DNA from: Octopus sinensis
Taxonomy: Eukaryota
Assembly (NCBI RefSeq): GCF_006345805.1
Contig: NC_042998.1
Location: 188,604,001-188,668,000 of the forward strand
Length of the DNA: 64,000 bases
Reading direction: 5' to 3'
Positions within the stretch are counted from its first letter, which is position 1. Each line of letters starts with the position of its first letter. Positions 52,873 to 64,000 of this stretch are shown in pieces. The position numbers and the translations under genes were made by a program. The notes beneath the pieces are model-generated. The model was not told the origin of the DNA. It ran no database searches and saw only the letters and a list, made by a program, of their open reading frames with translations.

Positions 52873-53601
52873 ATTCACGTTTTGTATAATTCTGTATCTG
52901 TTCATTGATGTTTCTAACCACAAACTCCCTCTTCGAAGTTCCACTCCCTAAAACACTTCAACCAAACCCCGCACTGTAAACATTCACACACCCACCTAAA
53001 CTATAGGGGATCATTAGCAACTCTAAAAACTCAGACTCCTTTCGAATTCATTCACATATCTCGCTCAACCCATTTACAAAAATGCTTCTTCCTCTTTCTT
53101 CATCCACACATTTACATTCTGATATCTACACCCACACAGTTCAGAATCCATACCTCCCTCTCTTCTCCTTCACCCTTACCACACTTCTCTCTTTCACTCA
53201 CAACCAAGCACACCGCATCACCATCCCCTTTCCTTTCCCATCCATCATTTATTGCCTTTCCCAAATTGTTCTAGTACATGAACTCCGATTCACCAAGTCA
53301 GTAGCTATTATTAACTGGTTAGTTGAAAAAAAAAACATTTGCCATTTTCGCAGTGAATTATTGGTTACTACAAACAAACCCCGGTACATTTCACATGCAT
53401 ACGCACAGATTCTCCTATGGATACACAGTTACACTAACATATAAAAATATACACGCAGAATCACACTTGCTTTCGCTCCCACACTCATGCACTCATATAT
53501 AAGTTCACACACACATAATTATCATTAAAAGTGATTAAAATTTGAATATGAGAATGTGCGCAATAAGTCTATCATTAAATTTTTTTTTTTGCATTGCAAT
53601 C

Positions 53602-53603
<2 letters not shown>

Positions 53604-53632
<29 letters not shown>

Positions 53633-53845
53633 TGTATTATGTATGCATGTATGTACGTATGTATGTATGTATGTATGTATGTATGTATGTATGTATGTAT
53701 GTATGTATGTATGTATTATGTATGTATGTATGTATGTATGTATGTATCATGCATGTATGTATGTATGTATGTGTGTGTGTATGTATGTGTGTATGTATGT
53801 ATGTGTGTATGTATGTATGTATGTATGTGTGTATGTATGTATGTA

Positions 53846-53876
<31 letters not shown>

Positions 53877-54195
53877 ATGTATGTATGTATGTATGTATGT
53901 ATGTGTGTGTGTGTGTATGTATGTGTGTGTATGTATGTGTGTATGTATGTATGTATGTGTGTGTGTATGTATGTATGTATGTATGTATGTATGTATGTAT
54001 GTATGTATATGTATGTATGTATGTATGTGTGTGTGTATGTATGTGTGTATGTATGTATGTGTGTATGTATGTATGTATGTGTGTGTGTATGTATGTATGT
54101 ATGTATGTATGTATGTATGTATGTGTGTGTATGTATGTGTGTATGTATGTATGTGTGTATGTATGTATGTATGTATGTGTGTATGTATGTATGTA

Positions 54196-54226
<31 letters not shown>

Positions 54227-54462
54227 ATGTATGTATGTATGTATGTATGTATGTGTGTGTGTATGTATGTGTGTATGTATGTATGTGTATGTATGTATGT
54301 ATGTGTGTGTGTATGTATGTATGTATGTATGTATGTATGTATGTATGTATGTATTATGTGTGTATGCATGTATGTATGTATGTATGTATGTGTGTATGTA
54401 TGTATGTATGTATGTATGTATGTATGTATGCATGCATGCATGCATGCATGCATGCATGTATG

Positions 54463-54496
<34 letters not shown>

Positions 54497-54510
54497 CGTA
54501 CGTATGTATA
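53604..54510. repeat. About 900-bp (TATG)n/(TG)n microsatellite
   Basis: Direct reading. Confidence 0.99.
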
Positions 54511-55069
54511 CTCTTTTACTCTTTTACTTGTTTCAGTCATTTGACTGCGGCCATGCTGGAGCACCGCCTTTAGTGTATGTATGTATGTATGCTTGACAGA
54601 ATATATGCACGTATGCATGCATGTATTAATGCTTGCATGCGTGCGTGTGTATGTATGTATATATGTATTTATGTATGTGTGTATGTATGTATGTATGTAT
54701 GTGTGTATGTATGTATGTATGTATGTATGTATGTATGTATCTATGTATCTATGTATCTATGTATGTGAGTGTGTTGTGACGTGCTTTATGTTTTGCCTAA
54801 CGGCTTTTTCAACCAGCAGAAAGAACTGTCAACAAATTTTATAAATTTGTCTCTACTTTTAGTATTGAATTTACTTATCGGCAAATGTTCCATTGTAATT
54901 CTTTAAATAGCTTTAAAGCAATAATCTTCAGTAAACATATATCTGTCTACGTATCTGTGTGTGTGTGTGTGTGTGCGTGCGTATTAACTCATACATATGC
55001 ACACTTACACACATACATACATACATACATACATACACTAATATATTGGAACCAGTGTCTTCATCTTAA

Positions 55070-55123
<54 letters not shown>

Positions 55124-55125
<2 letters not shown>

Positions 55126-55638
55126 TCTTAACTGATTGGAAGTGTTATCATGTACATTGTTTTGTCTTGGTATAAAAGATGGGCTACAGCAAAAATTCTG
55201 CTCAATACCACAGATCTGCTTGTCAGTTGTTTGACCTTAACCAGTTGAGCATGTCCCTTAGTGGCTGACGATATGTGCATCTCTGATCACGAGCAGAAGT
55301 AGTGGGGGAGCATCATAGCCATGTGTTGAGAGGGATTCTTTGGGGTTTGAATAGTTCACCTCTGGAAACATGGGTGGTTCTTTCAACATCCTTAAACAAC
55401 CTTTATTCAGGGACCGTTTGAGCGGGATGGGCTACTCAACCTGAAGAAAATTCTAACTGGGCCCCACCTGCAAGGTCATGTGCTGTTTATCTTGATATGA
55501 GATCACCATGTCGCGCACATATGGTTGTGATGCATGTGCCTGGTGTACCTTTATCAGACGGGTAGTCATGATGGGTATATTGGGCTTCGTATATTTTACC
55601 CCAATGTCACTTTGATGGCATGAACTGCTCTCTCACTC

Positions 55639-55639
<1 letters not shown>
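55124..55639 (+). mobile_element. Unclassified insert flanked by (AAT)n on both sides, probably a retroelement 3' region
   Basis: Higher-GC non-coding block between (AAT)n 55070-55123 and (AAT)n 55640-55698. Confidence 0.4.
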
Positions 55640-55699
<60 letters not shown>

Positions 55700-55700
<1 letters not shown>

Positions 55701-56235
55701 AATTATTGTATACAGTGCTCAGGTGCACCACAACTTGTCAAAAGTGCATATAAAGTATATGCAGTGATGTACAAATGTCTAGAAAGTGAACAGTGTATGA
55801 GTCAGAAAGATGCTTGCGTGTGTATGGAGGGGGGGATCTGGTGTAGTGTTGGCGAATCTCAGGAAGCATGGAAGTTTTGAACGATGCAGTGCTCCGACAA
55901 CTAACAACTGATGCCGGCAGTTTGTTCCATACTTCAGTAACTCTTAGCGTGAAAAAAATGTTTCCGAAAGTCATGGGAGCTGTGCTGTTTTCTGACTTTG
56001 TAAACATGTCCATGGGTGTTAGACAGGTGGAATTTGAAAAGGTGCTCACAGTTATTGTTTGTAAGAGGGTTAATAATTTTATGGGTATCTGCCAAGCCAG
56101 CTGCCAGACGTCGGAGTTTCAATGTATCCATGCCCAGGGAAGTAAGGCGTTCAGAATACGGCAAATGCGTGATGGAGGGTATTCACTTGGTTGCACGTCA
56201 CTGAACAGCTTCCAGACGATTAATATCCTGGGCAA
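55700..56235 (-). pseudogene. CR1-type LINE 3' end
   Basis: LEAVQ.RATK..., PYSERLTSLGMDTLKLRR, NTHGHVYK, FFTLRVTEVWNKLPASVV...SFK; ends in (ATT)n. Confidence 0.85.
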
Positions 56236-56262
56236 CGTCTTTCAATTGACTATTATATTCAG

Positions 56263-56307
56263 TAACCCGAAGAAGGTCGAAGAGTCAGCAGCCGAAATAT
56301 TTTGGCT
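56263..56307 (+). ncRNA. Possible decayed hammerhead-like motif
   Basis: TAAC-CCGAAGA-AGGTCG...CAGCC-GAAATATTT-TGGCTA; U4->C and imperfect stems. Confidence 0.3.
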
Positions 56308-56351
56308 ATAACAACCATGAGGAGAACATGACGTCTTAATAATTCAGTGTA

Positions 56352-56565
56352 CAGTAATCCCTCGACTATCGCAGGTGTTACGTTCCAAAACCCCAAGCGA
56401 TATGTGAAAATCCGCGAAGTAGAAACAGCATTGTACTGCATATTAATTTTTGTTATTTTTATAATTTGTATATATTTATTTTATTATAAATGCAAAAAAC
56501 ACCACAGAGGAATCAACTTAAGCTTAAATAATAAACCACGATAAGTGAACCGCGATATGGCGGGT
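56352..56565 (+). mobile_element. Tigger-like MITE
   Basis: TA-CAGTAATCCCTCGACTATCGC start; degenerate inverse end CCGCGATATGGCGGG. Confidence 0.6.
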
Positions 56566-57610
56566 ATAGTAATAGTAATTCTTTATCGCAGAAATTTACG
56601 TGTGTATATGTGTATGCATGCAGGTGCGCGCGTGTTATGTGTATACATTTATGTATTAGTCTGCGTGTGCGCGCGCTTTCAACATTGATCAATAGCAGAG
56701 TATGTTATAAAGATTTTAATCTATTTCTCTCTCTTAATGATGTGGAAAAAAATGTTTTCATTCATAATGTCAGTTGGATGTTATTACACGACCCAAATTT
56801 ACCTCTGTAATTAATTTGTCAGTATATGTGTGCGCGAAAGTGTGATTATGTGTGTGTGGGTGTATATTTGTGCCTGTATAACATTATTTGAGTATGCGAA
56901 TGATTTTGCTGAGTGGTAATAAAAGACGGATAAAATTCTGGTTTGAATATCTCTTGTAGTATTTTGTCATTTTTCAGTGTCCTGGACAGGAGAAAGCGGA
57001 CAAAATTTTATCCGCTTACGTACCTTTTTATTGTTATTTCAAACCCTACTTTGATCTTTCCAAGTTAGATTTTAAAAAAAAGTTTCTGCATGTTTTGCGA
57101 TCAATATAATCGACTGTACGGCTGATGATGCCAAAGTCTTATGACTGAAACTATCAAAAGAACAAAAGAAGAGATATCAAAATTGACAGCAGTAATCATT
57201 GTAAATCTCTTAACGTATTTCATGATAACGAACTACTCAGCTTCCTTTGTCATTCAACTGTTATATCTGCAAATTTGCTTCCCCAGTCTGTCAACAATAC
57301 CCGTTTCTGCTGCCAACATTCATCCAGACTCAGAATATAAATATACCACGTATTAATTCATCGTCTCGCTTTTTGTCTCTACCCGTTAAATCTTTGACCG
57401 ACTCAAAAGTTATTTGCTCACCTCTTGAGACAAAGATGACGTCGGCTCACATCCACTGAAAATGGACAGCAAAACTATTATGAGTGTGTCAGGTATATAC
57501 CATCACTTCTACAGCAGTTTAGTGTCTTGAAAGCCGTGTGGAATTGTTGTATACGACCACAAATATCGAATTAGTTTAACAAGGAAGAATGCCTCAGTAA
57601 TCATGTATGT

Positions 57611-57893
57611 TTGTTCCTTCTCGACCCATGCCTGGCTCATAAGGGCCGGTTTCCCGGTTTCCTTGGCGTATAGGTTCCCCACCTGGATGGGATGCCAGTC
57701 CGTCGCAGGTGAGCTGCAAGATGCAGGAAGAAAGAGTGAGAGAAAGGTGTGGCGAAAGAGTCAGCAGAAGTTCGCCATTACCTTCTGCCGGAGCCGCGAG
57801 GAGCTTAGGTGTTTCGCTCATAAACATACACATCACCCAGTCTGAGATTCGAACCCGCGATCCCTCGACTGCGAGTCCGCTGCCCTAACCACT
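57611..57893 (-). mobile_element. SINE family B (tail type 3, V-domain-like)
   Basis: Minus strand CCTGCGACGGACTGGCATCCCATCCAGG...GAAACCGGG behind the family B head. Confidence 0.85.
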
Positions 57894-58280
57894 TGGTATG
57901 GTATGGTATGGTATACATAGGGTACAATCCGGAATCCAAAGAAACTGTTGATGGTCTACAATAGGGAACAGCTAATGTACAGAAGAGTTTGTGGAAGAAT
58001 TTAGTAAATTTAATTGCCATGAGGAGTGAAACATTTGGTATTTTGGGCTTTTCTCAAAGTGTGAGAAAGATCGGGTAAGTGATATCAGTTTCATAATAAA
58101 GTAAGAAATGATGGCTGGAATACAGATAGGGTGTAACATCGGAGAAGTAGGGGATGTTTGGGGAGAGCTGGTGTGAGAGTATCAGGAACCGGAAGTAGAA
58201 GGTGGGTACAGGTAGGGAAGTTGGAACCAGAAAAGGAAAGTGCACCTCTTCTCTGAACATGAACATACTGAACATGAATA

Positions 58281-58643
58281 GGCGCAGGAGTGGCTGTGTG
58301 GTAAGTAGCTTGCTAACCAACCACATGGTTCCGGGTTCAGTCCCACTGCGTGGCATCTTGGGCAAGTGTCTTCTGCTATAGCCCCGGGCCGACCAATGCC
58401 TTGTGAGTAGATTTGGTAGACGGAAACTGAAAGAAGCCCGTCATATGTATATATATGCATGTGTGTGTATATGTTTGTGTGTCTGTGTTTGTCCACCCAA
58501 CATCGCTTGAGAAACGATGCTGGTGTGATAGAATAAGTACTGGGCTTACAAAGAATAAGTCCCGGGGTCGATTTGCTCGACTAAAGGCGGTGCTCCAGCA
58601 TGGCCGCAGTCAAATGACTGAAACAAGTAAAGGAGTAAAAGAG
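58281..58643 (+). mobile_element. SINE family C
   Basis: Full head and tail with a short internal deletion. Confidence 0.9.
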
Positions 58644-60340
58644 ATACTGCCGCATCCATCTTCACAACTCCAACCGCAAATTCTGTAGACTTTTCCTTCC
58701 TTGTCCCAGTTCCTCCCCCACTTCTTTCATGTTATACTTATATTCCTATCACACCAACTTTACAGCATCCTACATCACACCCTCTATACTCATATTTTGC
58801 GTCCTTGCAACCGAAACAAAACTGCTTTCTCCCTAATGAAACGTCAGAATCTTCACTCACCAATGGCAAATTAGCTTATTGGACTCCCTCAAGAACCCTT
58901 CTATGATAAGCAATGTTTTATGGAATGTAATTCGGTTTGTCTGTTTTGAGAAGTTCATTTTATATGACTCTGAATTGATATTGTGTTGCAATCAGCTTCG
59001 ACTTGCATCCTATCTACCAGCAATATTCCACTAAGAAATCGAGGATTATCAAATCAACAAGGCACCAGTCTATCAGTGAAGAAGACCATATACTCTTTAA
59101 ATTTCAGAGATATATAGTTTACAGTGGGCTGATTTACAGTGAAGAGTCAAAAACCCCTGTTTTGAGTACTTGAACTTCTTCAGAGAGAGATCATAGAAGT
59201 TTTAACATTACAACCACAGAATTACGAATGGGAAATGGAATAAATCAGTTGTATAAATATTAAAGAGAGATGGTAAAAAAAAACTCTGCATGAGAGGTAT
59301 GATGAAGGGGAAAAGTTAGTAGTTAGAGCTTAGCCAATTGCAATGGGTAGGAGGGGTTGGGGTGGAGAAAATAAGATTAAATGTATTAAGAGATAAGAAA
59401 AGAGCCAAAGCAAGGCACCATTGGATCAAAAGGAAATATACACGATAACACAAATGTACAAATGAAGTTTACTTTCTCAGCTTAGGAATTATAACCGACC
59501 AGCCCAAATCTCTTCTCTAGCTACGAGATCTATGAAGTGTTGTAACAGTAACTTAATATATTTACAGAAGTCTAATCACCATTACTTTTGACCAGGTATA
59601 TCGAATATGTGTCCCCCTCTATAGATTTACATTATGCATAATCTATTGATAATAACATTATTAAATTGTCGCGTTTCATCTATGCTCTTCTAAGATACAT
59701 ATTAGATGTATCTTAGAAGATGTTTCGTACTTATCTAAGAACTGGGAAATTTGAATGCAACTTACTTGATCATTTTTCAAGGTTTGAGTAAGCAACATAA
59801 TGTCACTAATCTTTGCTTGTCTGACAAATAACTTGGCAATCTAGTTTCGATTTCTAGATCAGTCCAGTTACACTTAAACATGTCCTTAACGTCCTTAAAA
59901 TAGGTTTCAACACTAAGCCTTTGCTAATTTGTCTATATTCATGTTAGATATGAAATTGTTTAAATTGCATAACAAGAAGCCAGTAATCGCCGTTATTCTT
60001 CAATGCATGCAAGTGGCTGCATTAGAAAAAAATCAGAATAGTTGAAATCGTTATGGCATACAGTTGGGGAAAATATATATGAAATATACTTGTGAGAATT
60101 TGAAAAGTTTTTAAAAAAATGACAGCAAATTAATAATTGGGAACTGAAATTAACGGTGTTTGCTAAAGAAATAAAAGAACGTATAATTCATGTAATGAGC
60201 ATCAAACAAAGCTTATAATTACAGTCCATTAACCTTTGTCGTCTACCTCTCTCTAAATTTCCTTTTACTAAAGCACATACGTCATCACACATATCATTCA
60301 CACACATAGAAATACACACACACACACGTGTATATATATA

Positions 60341-60411
<71 letters not shown>

Positions 60412-60702
60412 ATTATATCGTTAATTTAAATTAAATAACGATCTTATCAAGTGGCCAGCATGGAAATAAGAACCTTCAAAGGTAATAATTATTATTAAAA
60501 TTATAACTTAGGGTATCTACGAAATCCCGCCATGCTGAAAACAGCAGCCATGATCTGACTCTAAAACCACCTTAAGTGTTCATATAGCACAAGGAGAAAA
60601 GACAGAAAGACAAAATAAAACTAGTAAAAAATTACTGGATAATTCCAAATCCTGGATTTCTGACTTTGCATTTAGGAATGCATTGCCTCATACGCAGAGA
60701 GA

Positions 60703-60758
<56 letters not shown>

Positions 60759-60787
60759 ATATGTATGTATGTATGTATATATATATA

Positions 60788-60995
60788 GTTAATCCAAACA
60801 TGAAAACACAAAGAGAAAACACAACAACGCGAGGACGTGGAACAAATATAGTATTATTGGACGCTCAGGAAGGAAGGGAAGAAGGAGGGTTTTACGTTTC
60901 GAGCGGAGCTCTTCGTCAGAAACATAGGAAAAGGAAAGATCCAGAGAAGGGAAGACAGAGGGAAAAAAATCGCCAACGGTACACACGCGGTCACA
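60788..60995 (-). mobile_element. H1-related element next to (TA)n
   Basis: Minus strand shares TTCCTGAGCGT..AATAC and the HHR block with 48200-48415. Confidence 0.65.
60889..60923 (-). ncRNA. Minimal type I hammerhead ribozyme, canonical core
   Basis: GTTT-CTGACGA-A-GAGC tcc GCTC-GAA-ACGT-A-AAAC; palindromic stem III, GUA site. Confidence 0.75.
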
Positions 60996-61177
60996 CATAC
61001 TTACATATACGAACCTATACATACATATATATGCACGTATGCATCATGACTAGTTTAAAATGCCCGCTTCTTAATTCCGTGTGCTAAGCTGCTAAGCTGT
61101 CATGCTCTGTTTTATAATGATAAATTTATGAGTGAATTTTTCTGTTCTGCTAATTGTTTGTTGTTTTCTTTTTTAAT

Positions 61178-61898
61178 ATGCTTCGCACTTGTATGAATAA
61201 GGCAGACAACTTCTGCTACATTTGTGGTGAGGTGACCTTTGCATCGCAGAAGCGCTGTATAACAGCTATGGTTAGAAGGGTATATCACCTTTATTTTGGA
61301 TGCAAGATTGGCGACCAGGATAAGAAGTGGCTTCATCTCATGAGCTACAACACTTGTGCTGCTAGCCTTCACCAATAATTGAACTGAGAGATGAAAGAAA
61401 TGTTATTTGTTGTGCCAATGACGTGCCGGTAGCCAACAGACTATACCAACAATTGTTATTTCTGCACTGTACCTCCAGTAAAAAAAGAAAAAAGAGGCAT
61501 GTCAAAGAAGAAAAAAGAGTCTATTGAATATCCAAACATTCTATTAGCTATTCGCTCAGTTCCTGATGCACCAACTTCGATATTCTTCGAATCAGATGAA
61601 GAAAGTGGTGAAGGAGGAAGCAGAGAAGGATGACAGTGCTGGATTACAGAGTAACCCAAATTTTGATGAAACACACTCCCCTAGATCACATCTCATTATA
61701 CTAGGGGAACTCCATGACACTGTCAAGGATCTACAACTACCTGAGAATAAGGCAGAGCTACTAGGTTCTCGTCTTCAACTGTGGAATCTCCTAATAACTG
61801 ATGTGAAGATTTCAAAATTTCATGACCGTCAGCAGCAGTTCAGCAATTTCTTCATAATGGAAGGTGATTTATTGGCCTGCAACAATATTCGTTATTGA
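61178..61898 (+). pseudogene. DNA transposase N-terminal relic, probably Chapaev3-like
   Basis: CMNKADNFCYICG...YFGCKIGDQDKKW..., CYFC, YPNI..AIRSVP, ELHDTVKDLQL..KAELLGSRLQLWNLL; Cys/His pattern like the Chapa zinc finger; stops and frameshifts. Confidence 0.65.
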
Positions 61899-62051
61899 TA
61901 ATGTCTGACGTTTTCCTGTCATTACCATTACTTTTTTCTATCATTCATATGGCATTTTCTTTCTTCCACTACTTTACAATAGTTCACATTCTTCTATTTT
62001 TAGTTGCCGTAAAAATAATTATTTATTATTCAACAAGAAGGGATGCGCGTG

Positions 62052-62190
62052 AGTTCCAATTCTGCCGAGGTTGACTTTGCCTTTCATCCTTTAGGGTTCA
62101 ATAAAATAAGTATCAGTGAAACACTGAGTTCGATGTAATTGACGAGTCCCCTCCCATGAAATTTCAAGCCTTGTGCCTTTAGTTGAGAGG

Positions 62191-62231
<41 letters not shown>

Positions 62232-62420
62232 TATTAAGGCAGCGAGCTGGCAGAATCGTTAGCACTCCGGGCAAAATGCTTATCAATATTTCGCCCGTTG
62301 CTATGTTCTGAATTCAAATTCCGCCGAGGTCAACTTTGCCTTTTAACCTTTCGGGGTCGATAAACTAAGTACCAGTGAAACACTTTGGTCGATGTAATTG
62401 ACTACTCCCCTCCCCAAATT
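62052..62420 (+). mobile_element. Two SINE A-related copies separated by (ATC)n
   Basis: GCCGAGGTYRACTTTGCCTTT central block twice, head at about 62237; the tail differs from other A copies. Confidence 0.75.
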
Positions 62421-62423
62421 TTA

Positions 62424-62457
<34 letters not shown>

Positions 62458-64000
62458 GTTCAGTAGTTTTATTTTTATAGCGTGCTTTCACTTCACTACC
62501 GAGCGCAGCTCTGTGTGCCTTGGGTATGTGCTGTGATTTGTTGTGATGCTCTGATGGTTATTGTATGGAAAGTGTTCTGCGTAGGATGTGTGCAGTGCCT
62601 AGTAGTGCAATTTTCTGTATGTTATATGTGTTTGTAAGTCCTGGTGTTTTTGTTATGTATTTGTCTGAATATTTTTTTATCATGCCTAATGCACCTACTA
62701 TGATAGGAATTGTTTCTGTTTTCAGGTTCCACATTCTAGTTATCTCTATTTCCAGGTCTTTGTATTTTGAGAGTTTCTCCATTTCTTTTAGAGACACGTT
62801 GTCATCTGCCGGTATTGATACATCAATTAGAAAGCATTTTTTTTCTTCATGATCTCTGACAACTATATCTGGTCTGTTGGCCTTAATTTCTCTATCTGTG
62901 TGTATCGGCATATCCCAGAGTATGGTTGCTTTCTCGTTTTCTGTGACCTTTTCTGGTGTGTGCCTATACCATCTTTTTTCTGTTGTTATTCCATAATGTT
63001 GGCATAGCTTCCAATGTATGTAGGTTCCAACTCTGTCATGTCTGTGAATATATTCCTTCTTAGCCAGGACTGGGCAGCTAGAGATAATATGATTTATTGT
63101 TTCTTGTCCATCTCCACATATTCTGCAGTTACTTGTAATATTTCTTTTCATTACATGTTTTTGGTAATTTCTGGTGGGGAGGCTTTGGTCTTGTGCTGCA
63201 ATTAAAAATCCCTCTGTTTCTGCTTTGAGTCCTGAGCTTCTCAACCATTGCTGGGATTTTTCTTTGTCTATTTCTTTTGCGTTTAGTTTAGTGCAGTATT
63301 TACCATGAAGGGGCTTTTCTTGCCATCGTTTTATCATGGCTCGTTGCTGTTCTATTTTTAGTTTGCATTTCATTTGTTTTATAGCTTTTGTTGTTTCTTC
63401 ATCATCTTCTTCTTCTTCTTTGTGTTTATTAGGTGGTATGATTTCTTGTTTGTATTTGTCAGCTTCCTTAAATACTGAGAACAGTTTTTTGTTTTGCTCG
63501 TGTTTTGCTGCTATCTGGATCAGTTTTCCTTCCTTCTGAAGTAGGTATTTTTGCAGTCCTATGGTGGTTATTTTATAGTAGTTTTCCAGCTGTATAAGGC
63601 CTCTACCACCTTCTATACGTTGTATATATAGTCTTCTATGTCAGATTTTGGGTGATGCATCCTAGATCCTGTCAGTATTTTTCTTGTTTTCCTATCTATT
63701 TTGGACAGTTCATTTCGTGTCCAGTTAAGGATATTGTAGCTGTAACTTATAACTGGGACAGCTAAAGTGTTGATACCTATTATCTTGTTTTTAGCATTGA
63801 GCTCTGTTTTTAGTATTGATCTAACTCGTCTATAATATTCTTTTTTTATTTTCTCTTTCATTTGTGTGTGTTGTGTCTTATCTAGTTCATGGATTCCTAA
63901 GTATTTGTAAGTTTGGCTTTGGTCTAATTCTTTTATTTCATTGGTTTTATCTAGTGTGATGTTGTTACTCTTAACTAGTTTTCCTCTTTTCAGGGTTATT
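62458..64000 (-). mobile_element. R4/Dong-clade non-LTR retrotransposon, 3' part (continues beyond window)
   Basis: YKYLGI...GGRGL, CCHC CRICGDGQETINHIISSC, RHD, RPDIV...IDVS...KYKDL restriction-like endonuclease; ends in (TAA)n at 62424-62457. Confidence 0.93.
62558..63630 (-). CDS. RT C-terminus, zinc knuckle and PD-(D/E)xK endonuclease of the R4/Dong element
   Basis: ORF track 62558-63373 plus in-frame upstream sequence; one apparent 1-nt frameshift near 63630. Confidence 0.85.

Noticed and set aside
53542-54618. ORFs of 236-346 aa in several frames
   Set aside because: Translations of a stop-free (TATG)n/(TG)n microsatellite; the same applies to the many YIYI/VCVC/THTH ORFs throughout the window
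57122-57165. CTGATGA...GAAACTATC hammerhead-like or YADD-like motif
   Set aside because: Stem I and stem II do not pair convincingly and there is no surrounding RT homology

Overview
AT-rich eukaryotic non-coding DNA, dense in microsatellites and interspersed repeats. The repeat families resemble those of an octopus/cephalopod genome (inferred from recalled sequence, not from a search). No complete host gene is visible, only a few candidate exons, and most of the ORF track is microsatellite noise. Contents: three tRNA-derived SINE families (A, B, C), decayed LINEs (CR1-type, L2-like, L1/Tx1, R4/Dong with restriction-like endonuclease), a tandemly duplicated Penelope-like GIY-YIG element with inverted pLTRs, Tc1/Tigger and Chapaev-like relics, a non-autonomous Helitron, and MITEs carrying (CCCTAA)n. 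Two systems stand out. (1) About 15 minimal type I hammerhead-ribozyme (HHR)-like motifs, read by eye, mostly in short (TA)n-embedded, often inverted, Penelope-type elements; they include a G3:C8 core-swapped pair in a 277-bp palindrome and a tRNA-SINE/HHR chimera. (2) SINE A shares its 3' tail with Tx1-type/ORF1-only elements, inserts at RGTAT sites that also occur inside its own sequence, and forms one-head/many-body tandem arrays with higher-order structure.
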